From: Candidatus Daviesbacteria bacterium RIFCSPHIGHO2_01_FULL_41_45
GTDB lineage: Bacteria > Patescibacteriota > Microgenomatia > Daviesbacterales > UBA10151
DNA: 58,045 nt
NCBI GenBank assembly: GCA_001776975.1
Contig: MFCS01000029.1
Coordinates: 1-58,045 of the forward strand
Direction: 5' to 3'
This document shows, piece by piece, positions 36,972 through 46,910 of this stretch (positions are counted from its first letter, which is position 1; each line of letters opens with the position of its first letter). The notes beneath the pieces are model-generated. The model was not told the origin of the DNA. It saw only the letters and a program-made list of their open reading frames with translations, and did no database searches. A program made the translations under genes and the position numbers.

Positions 36972-38612
36972 GTGATCAGGCGTGAAGTTATAGTTATTCT
37001 ACTGCTGTTGTTTTTGAGTCTGCCCACAATTCAGGATCTTTTGTTTCCAGGACCATTTACCTCACATGATCTGACTCACCATATCGTCCGCCAGATCGAT
37101 ATGAACCGGCTGTTATCGGAGGGTCAATTTCCACCCCGTTGGTCCGGGGAGTTAAATAATGGCTATGGCTACCCGCTATTTTTATTTAACTATCCGCTAC
37201 CGGCCTTGGTTGGTCAATTATTTCATTTATTGGGATTAGGCTATATAGACAGTGTTAAGGCAATCTTAGGGTTGTCGCTTTTAGGGTCTTCGGTAACCAT
37301 GTATTTATTTTTAAGATCACTGCTGGGAAATCGCACCGCTGCATTTTTAGGGGCCATCTTTTATCTGTATGCCCCAGTCAGATTTTTAAATGTCTATGTC
37401 TCAGCTGCCTTAGGGAATGCCCTAGCCCTTTTGTTTGTGCCGTTAGTATTTTTATCCGTAAACAAGTTAGCTAAAACTGGTAAGAAGCTCTGGATCATGG
37501 GGGGAGCAATCAGTTTTGCGGCTTTGGTAACCTCTCATAACGTCACAACTGTGATGTTTGCTCCGGTAATAGCCGGGTTTAGCCTGGTGGCCCTTTATCT
37601 CAACAACCCTCGTTTTATGAAGCAGATACTTGTAATGTTTCTTCTGGGGCTTGGTCTCTCTGCCTGGTTTTGGCTGCCTTCATTAGTAGAGAAACAATAT
37701 ATCCGCTATGACCAATATATGGATAATTTTTTTGCTAGCCGTTTTGTGCCGTTTAAAGATATTCTTTATTCAACCTGGGGGTACGGCTCGGATTTTTCCC
37801 GACAGGTCGGAATTGCTCATTGGTTGGTGATGGTAGGACTGGTAATTAGTAGTACATATTTGCTGGTTAAGGGAGGGATTAAAGTAAAAGAGTGGGTAAC
37901 ACTAGGAACTTTTTGTTTGACAGTTTTTATAGGCGCAGTATTTTTAATGACGGAGTATAGCAGGGTATTTTGGGGGAGCGTTCCGCTTTTGGAGTATGTC
38001 CAGTTTCCAGCCAGATTTTTGACCCCGGCGGTATTTGCTGCATCTATTGCTGTAGCTTTGCTAGTGAAGCATCTTCCATTCAGGAGTATCTTGCTTGTCG
38101 GATTATTAGGGCTAGTTTTATATGCCAGCCGTAATAACATGTCCATCAATCAGTCGGTTGAGTATAGAGATGATTACTATCAAACCTTAAAGTATACCTC
38201 TACTGCCTATGATGAGCATTTACCAAATTGGGCTAGACCAATGATGGTACTCTCACCAGGGAAGTTCAGTGTGCTACAGGGTAAAGGAGTTGTTCATATA
38301 GACAAAAATTACTCATCTGAGGTTAAGGCTACCTTTATCACCGATGAAGAGACTACTCTCCAATTTAATCAATTTTATTTTCCCGGCTGGGAGATCAAGG
38401 TGGATGATAAAAAGGTGAATTTTGATTATCTGCTAGAAGGAGAGAGTAAAGGATTCCCGGTGTTTAAGGTTCCACAGGGTATGCACCAGATTGAAGCTGT
38501 ATTTAATAAAACATTTATTAGAAGTCTGGCTGATAATATTAGCCTCTTCTCGGCAGTAATTATGGGAGTATTCTTTTCTAGTGTCATATATAAAAAAAGA
38601 GTGCTACGATAG
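36972..38612 (+). CDS. Polytopic membrane protein, GT-C-like (PTPS-related / YfhO-like)
   Basis: GTG start. First-loop FTSHDLTHHIVR and GYGYPLFLFNYPLP, more than 10 TM segments, and a soluble C-terminal domain. Confidence 0.6.
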   Translation: MIRREVIVILLLLFLSLPTIQDLLFPGPFTSHDLTHHIVRQIDMNRLLSEGQFPPRWSGELNNGYGYPLFLFNYPLPALVGQLFHLLGLGYIDSVKAILGLSLLGSSVTMYLFLRSLLGNRTAAFLGAIFYLYAPVRFLNVYVSAALGNALALLFVPLVFLSVNKLAKTGKKLWIMGGAISFAALVTSHNVTTVMFAPVIAGFSLVALYLNNPRFMKQILVMFLLGLGLSAWFWLPSLVEKQYIRYDQYMDNFFASRFVPFKDILYSTWGYGSDFSRQVGIAHWLVMVGLVISSTYLLVKGGIKVKEWVTLGTFCLTVFIGAVFLMTEYSRVFWGSVPLLEYVQFPARFLTPAVFAASIAVALLVKHLPFRSILLVGLLGLVLYASRNNMSINQSVEYRDDYYQTLKYTSTAYDEHLPNWARPMMVLSPGKFSVLQGKGVVHIDKNYSSEVKATFITDEETTLQFNQFYFPGWEIKVDDKKVNFDYLLEGESKGFPVFKVPQGMHQIEAVFNKTFIRSLADNISLFSAVIMGVFFSSVIYKKRVLR

Positions 38613-38618
38613 GAGAAG

Positions 38619-40670
38619 ATGTCCTCTCAAAAAGGTATTGCCCATATTATCTTGCTGGTTGTCTTACTGGCTGGCCTAGCCCTTGGAGTTTACCTGGTCC
38701 AACAAAGAACTAATCTTTTCTCCAAAGCTTTTAGTAATGATAAAAGTGTTCAACAATTAACTAATGAGCTAGTTTCTTTAAATTCCCTTGCAGGGAGAAG
38801 TGCCCAAGATGATGAACAAATCAGTAAAATGTTGGCAGTAGCTACCAAAAGAAAAGATAAATTGTTAATGGAAGCTGAGGAAGATCCGCAGCTTTTTTTG
38901 GATCATGCTAGGCTCGTGTCTTCACGAACAGATTTTCCTGGTGATATTCAAAAGTATATTGAAGAGGAGAAGACTTTGCAGGGATATTTTGACGCTCGAC
39001 ATATTGATAGTTTTGATGAGCAAAAATCCCGGAAGGTATTTTTTATAAGGACAAAGGAAGAAAATATACAGCTATTTTTTGTTTCTCCTCCTGACAATGT
39101 CATAAACAACTCAAAAATTGAAGTGACTGGAGTATATCTGAGCAATAGAGCGGTCTTGCAATCATCAATTTCCAACGAACGATATGGAGTGAGAGTTGTT
39201 CAAGGAGGAGAAGGTCAGTTTCCAACGCTAGGCACGATCAAGGTAGCAGTTTTCTTAATTAATTATAGTGATAATCCAGGGGAGCTTGTAAGTAGAGAGA
39301 CGGTAAAAAAGCTTGTTTTTTCTGATGACAGATCAACTTCTAAATTTTTTGAGGAGACCTCTTTTGGACAATTAAAAATGACTGGTGATGTTTATGGGTA
39401 CTTTACTATTCCCAAAAGAAATCCCAATGATCCCCAATCTAGCTGTCCTTTTCTTTTTTATGAAGAGGAGACTCAGAAACTAGCTAAAAAACAAGGTATT
39501 AAGGTTGATGACTATGATTCTCTGGTTTTTGTACTAACTGGATCAGGAGATGGTTGTGGATTTGGTGGAATGGCTACCTTAGGAGGAAAACCAGGACTTG
39601 TGGATATTAAGTTGTACCGTGCTCCCCAGGTTTATACCCATGAATTGGGACATAATCTAGGAGTTGATCATGCTAATTTATTGAAGTGTGGCTTAACATC
39701 CGTCGATGATTATTCTCGTTGTCTACCAATTAATCAAAGGTTCTTTAGAGGGATTGAGTATGGAGATCGTTACGATATTATGGGATATTCCTCTGGCTTC
39801 AATCAATTTAATGCCCCACATAAAATAGCTGTAAATTGGATTTCTGGAGGAAAAGTTCAAGAGGTGACTGCAGACGGTATTTATACTATCACTGTTCCTC
39901 TTGAGACGAATATTGATAATGGAATTTACGTGCTGAAAATTCCTAAGGCTAACAGTAACGAACATTACTACCTAAGCTTGCGCAAAAAAATGGGATTTGA
40001 TAGCGATTTGCCCCAGGGAGTTGTTGATGGGGTAAGCGTACATATTTGGGATGGGATTATTTCACACCCAACTTTATTTGTAGATACTACTCCAGGAAGC
40101 TCGGCCATTCTAACTGAAGATTTTGCTGACGCTGGGTTAAAAGATGGAAACTATTTTTATGATTCTGTAAATAAAATTCAGGTAAAACAATTGATCCATT
40201 CAGGTGATTCAGTTAGCTTAGAGGTTAAGTTTAACGTTCAGACCTCACCTAGTAATCCCATACCGCCGATCCCTAGTCCAACATCAATGAAAGGTTGGGC
40301 AGTGACGGCTAATCCTGTTTGCCAAAACGGAAATAGACCAATCGGTCAAGGGAATATCTATTATACTGTTTGGCCAAGGGTTCCTTACAACTTAAATAAT
40401 CCTTTGCAGTGGGTTTATCCTGAAGCGTCACCCGGGGCTCAGACAGCGGTAATTTATACCGATAATGACGCTAATAATGTTTATGTAGGGTTTAAGGATG
40501 AAAAGGGCAACTCCTTAGTTCCCATTGATAAACCACCAGATCCCAATATTGAATATGGTAAATATTTTAATCTCCAAACCCCTTTAGCTAGGTGGAATCG
40601 TGCACTAGTTCCAAATTGGCCACCGGTTATAAAAATTAATTTTCGAGCTCCGGATTCTTGGTGTAACTAA
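38619..40670 (+). CDS. Secreted or membrane-anchored zinc metalloprotease-like protein (metzincin HEXXHXXGXXH motif)
   Basis: HELGHNLGVDH motif, a conserved N-terminal leader (see findings), and AGGAG upstream of the ATG. Confidence 0.7.
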   Translation: MSSQKGIAHIILLVVLLAGLALGVYLVQQRTNLFSKAFSNDKSVQQLTNELVSLNSLAGRSAQDDEQISKMLAVATKRKDKLLMEAEEDPQLFLDHARLVSSRTDFPGDIQKYIEEEKTLQGYFDARHIDSFDEQKSRKVFFIRTKEENIQLFFVSPPDNVINNSKIEVTGVYLSNRAVLQSSISNERYGVRVVQGGEGQFPTLGTIKVAVFLINYSDNPGELVSRETVKKLVFSDDRSTSKFFEETSFGQLKMTGDVYGYFTIPKRNPNDPQSSCPFLFYEEETQKLAKKQGIKVDDYDSLVFVLTGSGDGCGFGGMATLGGKPGLVDIKLYRAPQVYTHELGHNLGVDHANLLKCGLTSVDDYSRCLPINQRFFRGIEYGDRYDIMGYSSGFNQFNAPHKIAVNWISGGKVQEVTADGIYTITVPLETNIDNGIYVLKIPKANSNEHYYLSLRKKMGFDSDLPQGVVDGVSVHIWDGIISHPTLFVDTTPGSSAILTEDFADAGLKDGNYFYDSVNKIQVKQLIHSGDSVSLEVKFNVQTSPSNPIPPIPSPTSMKGWAVTANPVCQNGNRPIGQGNIYYTVWPRVPYNLNNPLQWVYPEASPGAQTAVIYTDNDANNVYVGFKDEKGNSLVPIDKPPDPNIEYGKYFNLQTPLARWNRALVPNWPPVIKINFRAPDSWCN

Positions 40671-41590
40671 TCTTCGTAGTATTCCCGGAGCCTAAGATTA
40701 GAGGGTCCGTTTCTCAGTACCCGTTTTGCAGCTACTAAGGCATAACGGACCTCTCCTAAGGTAATGCCTAGCTGGTGGGCTATGTCGATAGGTGTGAGGA
40801 CTTCTTGACCACTCAAGCCAAAACTCATAGCAAGCACATCCTGCTGCCTAGGTTTCAGTCGGCTGATAGCTGTTGCTATTTCTTGTGTTAGCATACTTGC
40901 CTCAACTTGTTTTGTAGGATCAGCGCTAGGGTCAGCAACTAGATCTGCCAAAAATTGCGTATCCTCCTCGTTACCCATTGGGGCATTCAGAGAAAGGATG
41001 GGAGTATTATGTGGGAGTAGCTCATTAACAGTATCTTCTGATAATCCTGATATCTCCACCAATTCGGCTCTGGTTGGCTCACGATCTGTGCTTTGTAATA
41101 CCTCTTGCCTAATTCGCTCTAAGCCTCTCATCTGTCCTTGTGAGTGGATAGGGATACGGATACTTCTTGCTTGATCCTGAATAACTCGGCCGATCGCCTG
41201 CTTAACCCACCAAGTGCCATAAGTGGAGAACCTAAATCCTCTGGCGGGGTCAAACTTATAAACTGCTCTCATTATTCCTAAGTTGCCTTCCTGGATCAAG
41301 TCTTCTAAAGGCACACCTCTGCCGGTATTTCTTTTGGCAATCGAGACCGACAGTCTTAAGTTTGCCTCTACTAATTTTGTAAAAGCCTGATCGCCTAGTC
41401 TAGATTGCTCCAACCATAAAGAAGTTTGAGGGGAAGATGGATTATGTTGCAGATTATTTAGAGCTTGAATCCCCAGATCTTTGATTTTTCCGAGTCTTTG
41501 CTCTTGATCCGCAGTTAAAAGGGAGATCTGCCTAATCTCGCCAAAAAAAAGAGTTAGAGCGTCATCTGTGCCTGTTGCTCTTTCTGTCAT
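40667..41590 (-). CDS. rpoD: RNA polymerase sigma-70 family factor (primary-like)
   Basis: Regions 1.2, 2 (EGNLGIMRAVYKFDPARGFRFSTYGTWWVKQAI), 3 and 4 are present. Start placed at the second Met (MTERATG...); the track start 41632 would overlap the pgk start. Confidence 0.8.
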   Translation of the reverse strand: MTERATGTDDALTLFFGEIRQISLLTADQEQRLGKIKDLGIQALNNLQHNPSSPQTSLWLEQSRLGDQAFTKLVEANLRLSVSIAKRNTGRGVPLEDLIQEGNLGIMRAVYKFDPARGFRFSTYGTWWVKQAIGRVIQDQARSIRIPIHSQGQMRGLERIRQEVLQSTDREPTRAELVEISGLSEDTVNELLPHNTPILSLNAPMGNEEDTQFLADLVADPSADPTKQVEASMLTQEIATAISRLKPRQQDVLAMSFGLSGQEVLTPIDIAHQLGITLGEVRYALVAAKRVLRNGPSNLRLREYYED

Positions 41591-41626
41591 AAACAATTTT
41601 GAGATTATATAGAATATAATAACCTT

Positions 41627-42601
41627 ATGCAAACAGTTTCTGCCCAGTTTGTCTCCGCTAAGGTTGTTTTATTAAGGTATGACATAGATGTTCCTTTGTT
41701 AAATAGTATGGTCTTAGATGGTTTTAGATTGACAGCAGGCCTGGAAACATTAGGGCTCTGTTTACAAAATGGGAAACGGGTTATTTTAATGGGACATATT
41801 GGTAGGCCGGGAGGTCAAGAGGATAATTCCTTGTCTATAGCAGCAATTCATGATTGGCTAATGGGTCAACCAGAGATTAAAGCCCACCTCCAGAGTGGTA
41901 AATTAAAATTGTTGGAGAATCTCAGATTTGAAAAAGGGGAAGAGGATTGTAGCTTGGAGTATGCCCATCAACTGGCCTCGTTAGGAGAAGTATTTGTAAA
42001 CGAGAGCTTTGCTGCTTACCGTCCGTCTTCATCAGTAACTATTTTACCAACCCTAATGCCGGCAGTTGCTGGATTAAGGTTTAGCAAAGAGGTGGAGATA
42101 TTAACCGGAGTGAGGGAAAATCCGCGGAGACCGTTAGTGGCTATATTGGGTGGAGCTAAAGTGGAGGAGAAATTACCGGTAATTGAGGCCATGTCAAAGA
42201 TAGCGGATATAGTTTTAGTGGGGGGTAAATTGGTAGCGAATATTAAAGGGCAGATGTTAAGGGATAATGTATTTTTAGCTGAGTTGAATGAGTGGGGGAC
42301 AGATATCACTGATCAGACAGTAGAAAATTGGCAAATAATTATTAACAAAGCTGGGCAAATTATTTGGAATGGACCTCTGGGTAAAGTTGAGGATGAGAGG
42401 AATCAAAACAGCAAAAAAATAGCGGAGATGATTATTAACTCCCCAGCTTTGAGTTTAGTAGGAGGAGGGGATACTTTGGGAGCTTTAAAAAAATGGGGTC
42501 TGAGAGATAAGTTCCACTTCATTTCCACCGGTGGTGGAGCTATGTTAGAATTTCTAACTACAGGAACCCTGCCTACTGTTGAGGCACTGGGTGATATTTA
42601 A
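41627..42601 (+). CDS. pgk: Phosphoglycerate kinase, short form (324 aa)
   Basis: LRYDIDVP, MGHIGRPGG, ENLRFEKGEE, ILGGAKVEEK, and the C-terminal STGGGAMLEFL. Confidence 0.85.
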   Translation: MQTVSAQFVSAKVVLLRYDIDVPLLNSMVLDGFRLTAGLETLGLCLQNGKRVILMGHIGRPGGQEDNSLSIAAIHDWLMGQPEIKAHLQSGKLKLLENLRFEKGEEDCSLEYAHQLASLGEVFVNESFAAYRPSSSVTILPTLMPAVAGLRFSKEVEILTGVRENPRRPLVAILGGAKVEEKLPVIEAMSKIADIVLVGGKLVANIKGQMLRDNVFLAELNEWGTDITDQTVENWQIIINKAGQIIWNGPLGKVEDERNQNSKKIAEMIINSPALSLVGGGDTLGALKKWGLRDKFHFISTGGGAMLEFLTTGTLPTVEALGDI

Positions 42602-43772
42602 ATTAACTCTTCTCTTAATCATTTTTATAACCCCACTTTTAACTCCAAATTGGGGATTTAGTTATGAAAACATTAAGGTCTTGGGGTTTGTAATTTTAGT
42701 AAGCGTGATAGTTTTGGAATATGCGCTCAATAAAAAAAGACCCCAACTTAGATGGAGTAGGGTATCTGCTATATCCCTGTTGTTCTTGCTTAGCTTATCC
42801 CTAAGCTCTATTTTAGGGGTTAAACCCCCTAGTAGTATTATGGGGGAAGCCCCTTATTACCAGGGATTAATTTTTTATATTTATCTGTTTGTCTTTAGTT
42901 TATTAGTAGGGATATCAGGGATATCCATCAGACAATGGGTTGTTGTCTTATCTCTCTCCTCTTTGTTGGTTAGCGTCTTTTCTATTAAAGACTATCTGTT
43001 GCTACACCTTTTTCAAATTTATACTCCCACATATGCCGACAGGGTGGTGTCAACTTTTGGGCAACCTAACTTTTATGCCGGATTTATTCTTCTCACACTA
43101 CCTTTAACCAGCTATCTTTTTAAATCACCAAGAAATTTTATTAGGTTATTGGGTTACCTCAGTTTAATATTAGGAAGTCTGGCTATTATAGCCTCTGAAT
43201 CCAGAGTGACCAGCGGGTTATTATTAATATTCTTGCTGACGTGGTTGATTATCAGAGCTCCAAAAATAGTTGGCTTAACTCTGGCTTTTTTCTTAGGGTT
43301 TATTAGCGCCACTTATTTTTGGATAAATTTATCTACTCAGGGTTGGGATCAGACATGGTTAATCCGCAATGCTCCGGAGAGACGGTTGTTATTTATGCCA
43401 ACACTTTTGGAGGTGTCAAAAAAGAGTCTGTTGGTGGGATACGGGCTGGAAAATATTGGCGTGGCTTATCAGAGGCATTTTCAAGAAATGAATTTTAATA
43501 CCCTTAATGATCCTTTGGCTCATGCTCTAAAGAACTTACAGGTAGATAGGTCACATTCTTATTTACTAGATATATTATTATTTTCAGGAATTTTGGGGTT
43601 AGTTAGTTATTTGGGCCTAGTGGTAATCTTAATTTTTAAAACTAAATCTCAGCTACCCTTACTTTCCAGTCTGATGATCTATCTGATCTGGACCCAACTG
43701 CACAATCAATCAGTAGTTCATTTAATTTATTTTTGGTGGTTGGTAGGGGTAGTTTCTCAAGAGGCTACTTGA
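42579..43772 (+). CDS. O-antigen-ligase/polymerase-like (Wzy_C-type) membrane protein
   Basis: About 10 TM segments with a large loop after ASESRVTSGLLL. A non-ATG start is required (TTG 42579 or GTG 42588). Overlaps the pgk end. Confidence 0.55.
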   Translation: MRHWVIFKLTLLLIIFITPLLTPNWGFSYENIKVLGFVILVSVIVLEYALNKKRPQLRWSRVSAISLLFLLSLSLSSILGVKPPSSIMGEAPYYQGLIFYIYLFVFSLLVGISGISIRQWVVVLSLSSLLVSVFSIKDYLLLHLFQIYTPTYADRVVSTFGQPNFYAGFILLTLPLTSYLFKSPRNFIRLLGYLSLILGSLAIIASESRVTSGLLLIFLLTWLIIRAPKIVGLTLAFFLGFISATYFWINLSTQGWDQTWLIRNAPERRLLFMPTLLEVSKKSLLVGYGLENIGVAYQRHFQEMNFNTLNDPLAHALKNLQVDRSHSYLLDILLFSGILGLVSYLGLVVILIFKTKSQLPLLSSLMIYLIWTQLHNQSVVHLIYFWWLVGVVSQEAT

Positions 43773-43804
43773 CAGAGAGGGGGGGGTGTTAAATACTGGT
43801 TGTA

Positions 43805-45298
43805 ATGTCTAGGTATTACCAAAGGGGTGTGGCTCATATATTATTAATGTTGGTATTACTAGCTGGTTTAGCCTTTGGGGTCTATCTGGTTCAACAAAAA
43901 ACCAACCTTTTCTCCCGAGCCTCCTCCGGTCCAATCTCAGGCCCAATATACCCGAGTCCAACAACCTCAAATTTTGGTAAATCCTTAAAAGTAGATAACA
44001 CCACTTTGAGTAGAGCCCCCCAATTAGTTACAGTTCAGAGACAAACCCCGTTTACGATTGGTAAAGAGTTTACCGTAGAGTTCTTTGTAAAATTAAATAA
44101 GGCGACGACCGGTAGGCGGAACATTTTCCGGGTAGCCTCGCCTTCACAAAAGGGAATCACGATATCAGCTGATTATAATGGATCAACATCTGTTAACGAT
44201 TTGGTAGTCAGATTTAGTGACGGAGTAAAACTCACTACTTATAATTTACCAGTTTTGAGCGTGGGGGCCTGGCATCATGTGGCTGTTACTTATTCCACTG
44301 GGTTTAGAGATGATGGGTCTGAGACACATGTTGCTCGTGTATTTGTTGATGGAGACTTTAGTAAGCAAGCTTATGTTTTCGTAGATAATTATGCAGATGA
44401 TAATCTGGCGATAATTGAGGTAGGGGAGTTGCTTGATGGGGAGATTGATGAGCTAAGGGTCTCTGATCAGGTTCGTTACTCAACTGAATTTACTAATAAT
44501 CGGTACCCTTATGCTGGTCCCTTTGACACTGACGCAGGGACTTTATTGTTGCTACACTTTGACGGAAACGTTCAAGACTATAGTTCGTATAAAAATCATG
44601 GCCAACTTAATACCGGTAAGGAGTTGTTTGTGGATTCAACCCTGTCATCCAAAGGTTCAACTCCCTCTCCAACGACAGCTCCTCCTCCTGATGTTCCTGC
44701 TCCGATACCTTTGCCTCCAGGCTGTTTTGAGATCCCGATCATCGGGGTGGTATGTACTGGAGACAAGCCTGATCCCAATCTTCCCACTCCCACCCCCACC
44801 ATCAGCTACATGGGTGTCTGTGCTGACTCAGCTGGTAATGGTCCAGATGGGATTAAGTGTCAGACCAGCTCGTACTATTCATCTTCTGACAGTAAATGTA
44901 GCAATAAAAACCTATACCCTTATTACTACACTAGATGTCTTCAATCTTCAGTGACCCCATCACCATCACCAACTACTTCTCCAACTAGTATTGGGGGGGC
45001 TTGTGCTGACTCAGTGGGAAATGGATCCAATATCAAGTGTGAACCAAGCTCCTATAACTCTAATAAGGACAGCACCTGTACCAATAAAAATCTCTATCCT
45101 TACTACTACGATAAGTGTAATGCCTTAGCAGTTCCACCGCCACCAACTGGAGGTAAAGATGAGAGTTGTAGCGCTGGTCAGACTAAAGAGTGTATCGGCT
45201 ATTCATCAAACGGCGTCAATGCCTATTGCTGGCAAGGTAGTACTTATATTAAAGCGATCTGTAACTCCAGCTGTGCCAATTACGGTGATTGTAAGTAA
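43805..45298 (+). CDS. Secreted LamG/concanavalin-like lectin-domain protein with Pro-rich linkers and tandem Cys-rich repeats
   Basis: The LamG-type pattern includes VGAWHHVAVTY and GEIDELRVS. Two 42-aa Cys repeats lie at about 44812-44937 and 44993-45117. It carries the conserved N-terminal leader. Confidence 0.75.
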   Translation: MSRYYQRGVAHILLMLVLLAGLAFGVYLVQQKTNLFSRASSGPISGPIYPSPTTSNFGKSLKVDNTTLSRAPQLVTVQRQTPFTIGKEFTVEFFVKLNKATTGRRNIFRVASPSQKGITISADYNGSTSVNDLVVRFSDGVKLTTYNLPVLSVGAWHHVAVTYSTGFRDDGSETHVARVFVDGDFSKQAYVFVDNYADDNLAIIEVGELLDGEIDELRVSDQVRYSTEFTNNRYPYAGPFDTDAGTLLLLHFDGNVQDYSSYKNHGQLNTGKELFVDSTLSSKGSTPSPTTAPPPDVPAPIPLPPGCFEIPIIGVVCTGDKPDPNLPTPTPTISYMGVCADSAGNGPDGIKCQTSSYYSSSDSKCSNKNLYPYYYTRCLQSSVTPSPSPTTSPTSIGGACADSVGNGSNIKCEPSSYNSNKDSTCTNKNLYPYYYDKCNALAVPPPPTGGKDESCSAGQTKECIGYSSNGVNAYCWQGSTYIKAICNSSCANYGDCK

Positions 45299-45407
45299 CT
45301 CTTAATCTTGACCTCATTATTCGAGCGAAGCGAGAAGTACAGTGTTAACTTGGCTCGATTAATTTCCTCGCTTTACACTTTTAGCTTTCGGCTTTACACT
45401 AGATGTA

Positions 45408-46424
45408 ATGCTCATCAAAGTTGCTGTGAACGGTTTTGGAAGAATAGGTAGAAATGCTTTTAAGGTTATCATCGAGAGATTTCCAGATGAGATCGAGGTT
45501 GTGGCGATTAATGACTTAACCGATTCTTCAGTCTTAGCTCACCTCTTACAATATGACACTGCTTTGGGACGATGGGAGAGAGAGGTCTTCTCCGATGATC
45601 AGCACCTGATTATAGAGGGAAAGAAGATCCCAGTACTCGCTGAAAAGGTCCCAGCCAATTTACCCTGGAAAGACATGGGAATTGATGTAGTAATTGAATC
45701 AACCGGTAGATTTACTGATTTAGATGGAGCCAGACAGCACATTATCGCTGGAGCCAAGAAAGTGGTAGTGTCTGCTCCTGGCAAGGACGGAGTTCCAACA
45801 TTCTTAATTGGTGTTAATCACACTAAATATCAAGGCGAAGAGGTGATTAATAATGCCTCCTGTACTACCAACTGTATTGCCCCGGTGGCAGCTATCATCG
45901 CCTCTAAATTTGGCATACAGAAGGCCTTAATGACCACCATCCACTCAGTTACAGCGGAACAGAATTTAGTAGATGGACCACCTCCAGGAGGAAAAAGTAA
46001 CGACTTGAGGCGGGCCCGGGCAGCCTATCAAAATATCATACCTACCACCACAGGGGCAGCTATCGCCACAACCGAAGCTATCCCAGAGCTAAAAGGGCTA
46101 TTTGATGGGGTCGCCTTAAGAGTTCCAACGATTGTTGGCTCGATCTCTGATTTTACCTTTCTTTTAAAAAGGAAAACTACCGTTGAGGAGATTAATAAAG
46201 CTTTTAAGGAAGCTGAGGCAACTCCGTTTTACCAGGGGATTATGGCTACCACCGAAGAACCACTGGTATCATCCGATATCATCGGCCGCTCGGAGTCAGC
46301 CATAGTTGACCTATCCTTAACTCAGGTGGTTGACGGGGATTTAGTCAAAATCTTCGCCTGGTATGACAATGAATGGGGTTATAGCAACCGATTAGTAGAG
46401 CAGGTTTTAAACATCTCTAAGTAA
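45408..46424 (+). CDS. gap: Glyceraldehyde-3-phosphate dehydrogenase
   Basis: VAVNGFGRIGRN, the active site ASCTTNC, and WYDNEWGYSNR. Confidence 0.95.
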   Translation: MLIKVAVNGFGRIGRNAFKVIIERFPDEIEVVAINDLTDSSVLAHLLQYDTALGRWEREVFSDDQHLIIEGKKIPVLAEKVPANLPWKDMGIDVVIESTGRFTDLDGARQHIIAGAKKVVVSAPGKDGVPTFLIGVNHTKYQGEEVINNASCTTNCIAPVAAIIASKFGIQKALMTTIHSVTAEQNLVDGPPPGGKSNDLRRARAAYQNIIPTTTGAAIATTEAIPELKGLFDGVALRVPTIVGSISDFTFLLKRKTTVEEINKAFKEAEATPFYQGIMATTEEPLVSSDIIGRSESAIVDLSLTQVVDGDLVKIFAWYDNEWGYSNRLVEQVLNISK

Positions 46425-46910
46425 GAGGTTAATGCGATCCCTAAAGTAAGTTACCCTCTCTTTTTCAGCAAGTAAAAGTTTTAGTAGGTCAGTTGGGTTG
46501 TTGGCATGACTGGTGATCACAGATTCATCTAAGCTTTTTATCTCCAGTACTCGTCTTCTCGCGACCTGGGTTTTGGTAGGTAGATTGATTCCTTGTAAAA
46601 GTTGGCATTTCTCTTCTTTTGTTAGAGGAATATTTGGCGGTGATGAGTGTATCTCGGTGTATCTTTTGTAGGCAATCTGTCCAAGCTCCGCTTCGTAGTT
46701 TTGTGGTGGTACTAAAATCCCGGCGTGCTTAATGTAGAAATTTTTTACCCAACTGGCATCTGGTCTTCCTTCAAGAGAGGCGGAAAACAGTAACACCCTA
46801 GAGAGGTGATGGACATACCCAAAAACATCTGAACTGTAATAACTAAGGGCATGAAGTGTTTGAATGGGTACCTGATGAGTATTTCCTGATCTCTCTGATA
46901 TTATCGACAA
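46407..46910 (-). CDS. Hypothetical protein (167 aa)
   Basis: TTG-start ORF; its 3' end overlaps gap by 18 nt. No motif recognised. Confidence 0.45.
   Translation of the reverse strand: MSIISERSGNTHQVPIQTLHALSYYSSDVFGYVHHLSRVLLFSASLEGRPDASWVKNFYIKHAGILVPPQNYEAELGQIAYKRYTEIHSSPPNIPLTKEEKCQLLQGINLPTKTQVARRRVLEIKSLDESVITSHANNPTDLLKLLLAEKERVTYFRDRINLLLRDV

Noticed and set aside
36732-37027. Track ORFs 36732..36929(+) and 36821..37027(-)
   Set aside because: They run across tRNA-Cys and tRNA-Ile and their promoter region, so they are artefacts of the ORF scan.
41591-41632. Track start of the sigma factor at 41632, and likewise the track starts 10887 for mutM and 30916 for GT-C paralog 3
   Set aside because: The N-terminal extensions add residues unrelated to the families. 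For mutM the extension would bury the catalytic N-terminal Pro. For the sigma factor it would overlap the divergent pgk start. Internal ATG codons give family-typical N-termini.
44511-44954. 147-codon plus-strand ORF and 68-codon minus-strand ORF inside the LamG gene
   Set aside because: These are out-of-frame shadows over the Pro/Ser/Thr-rich linker region of a gene with clear domain signatures in the main frame.
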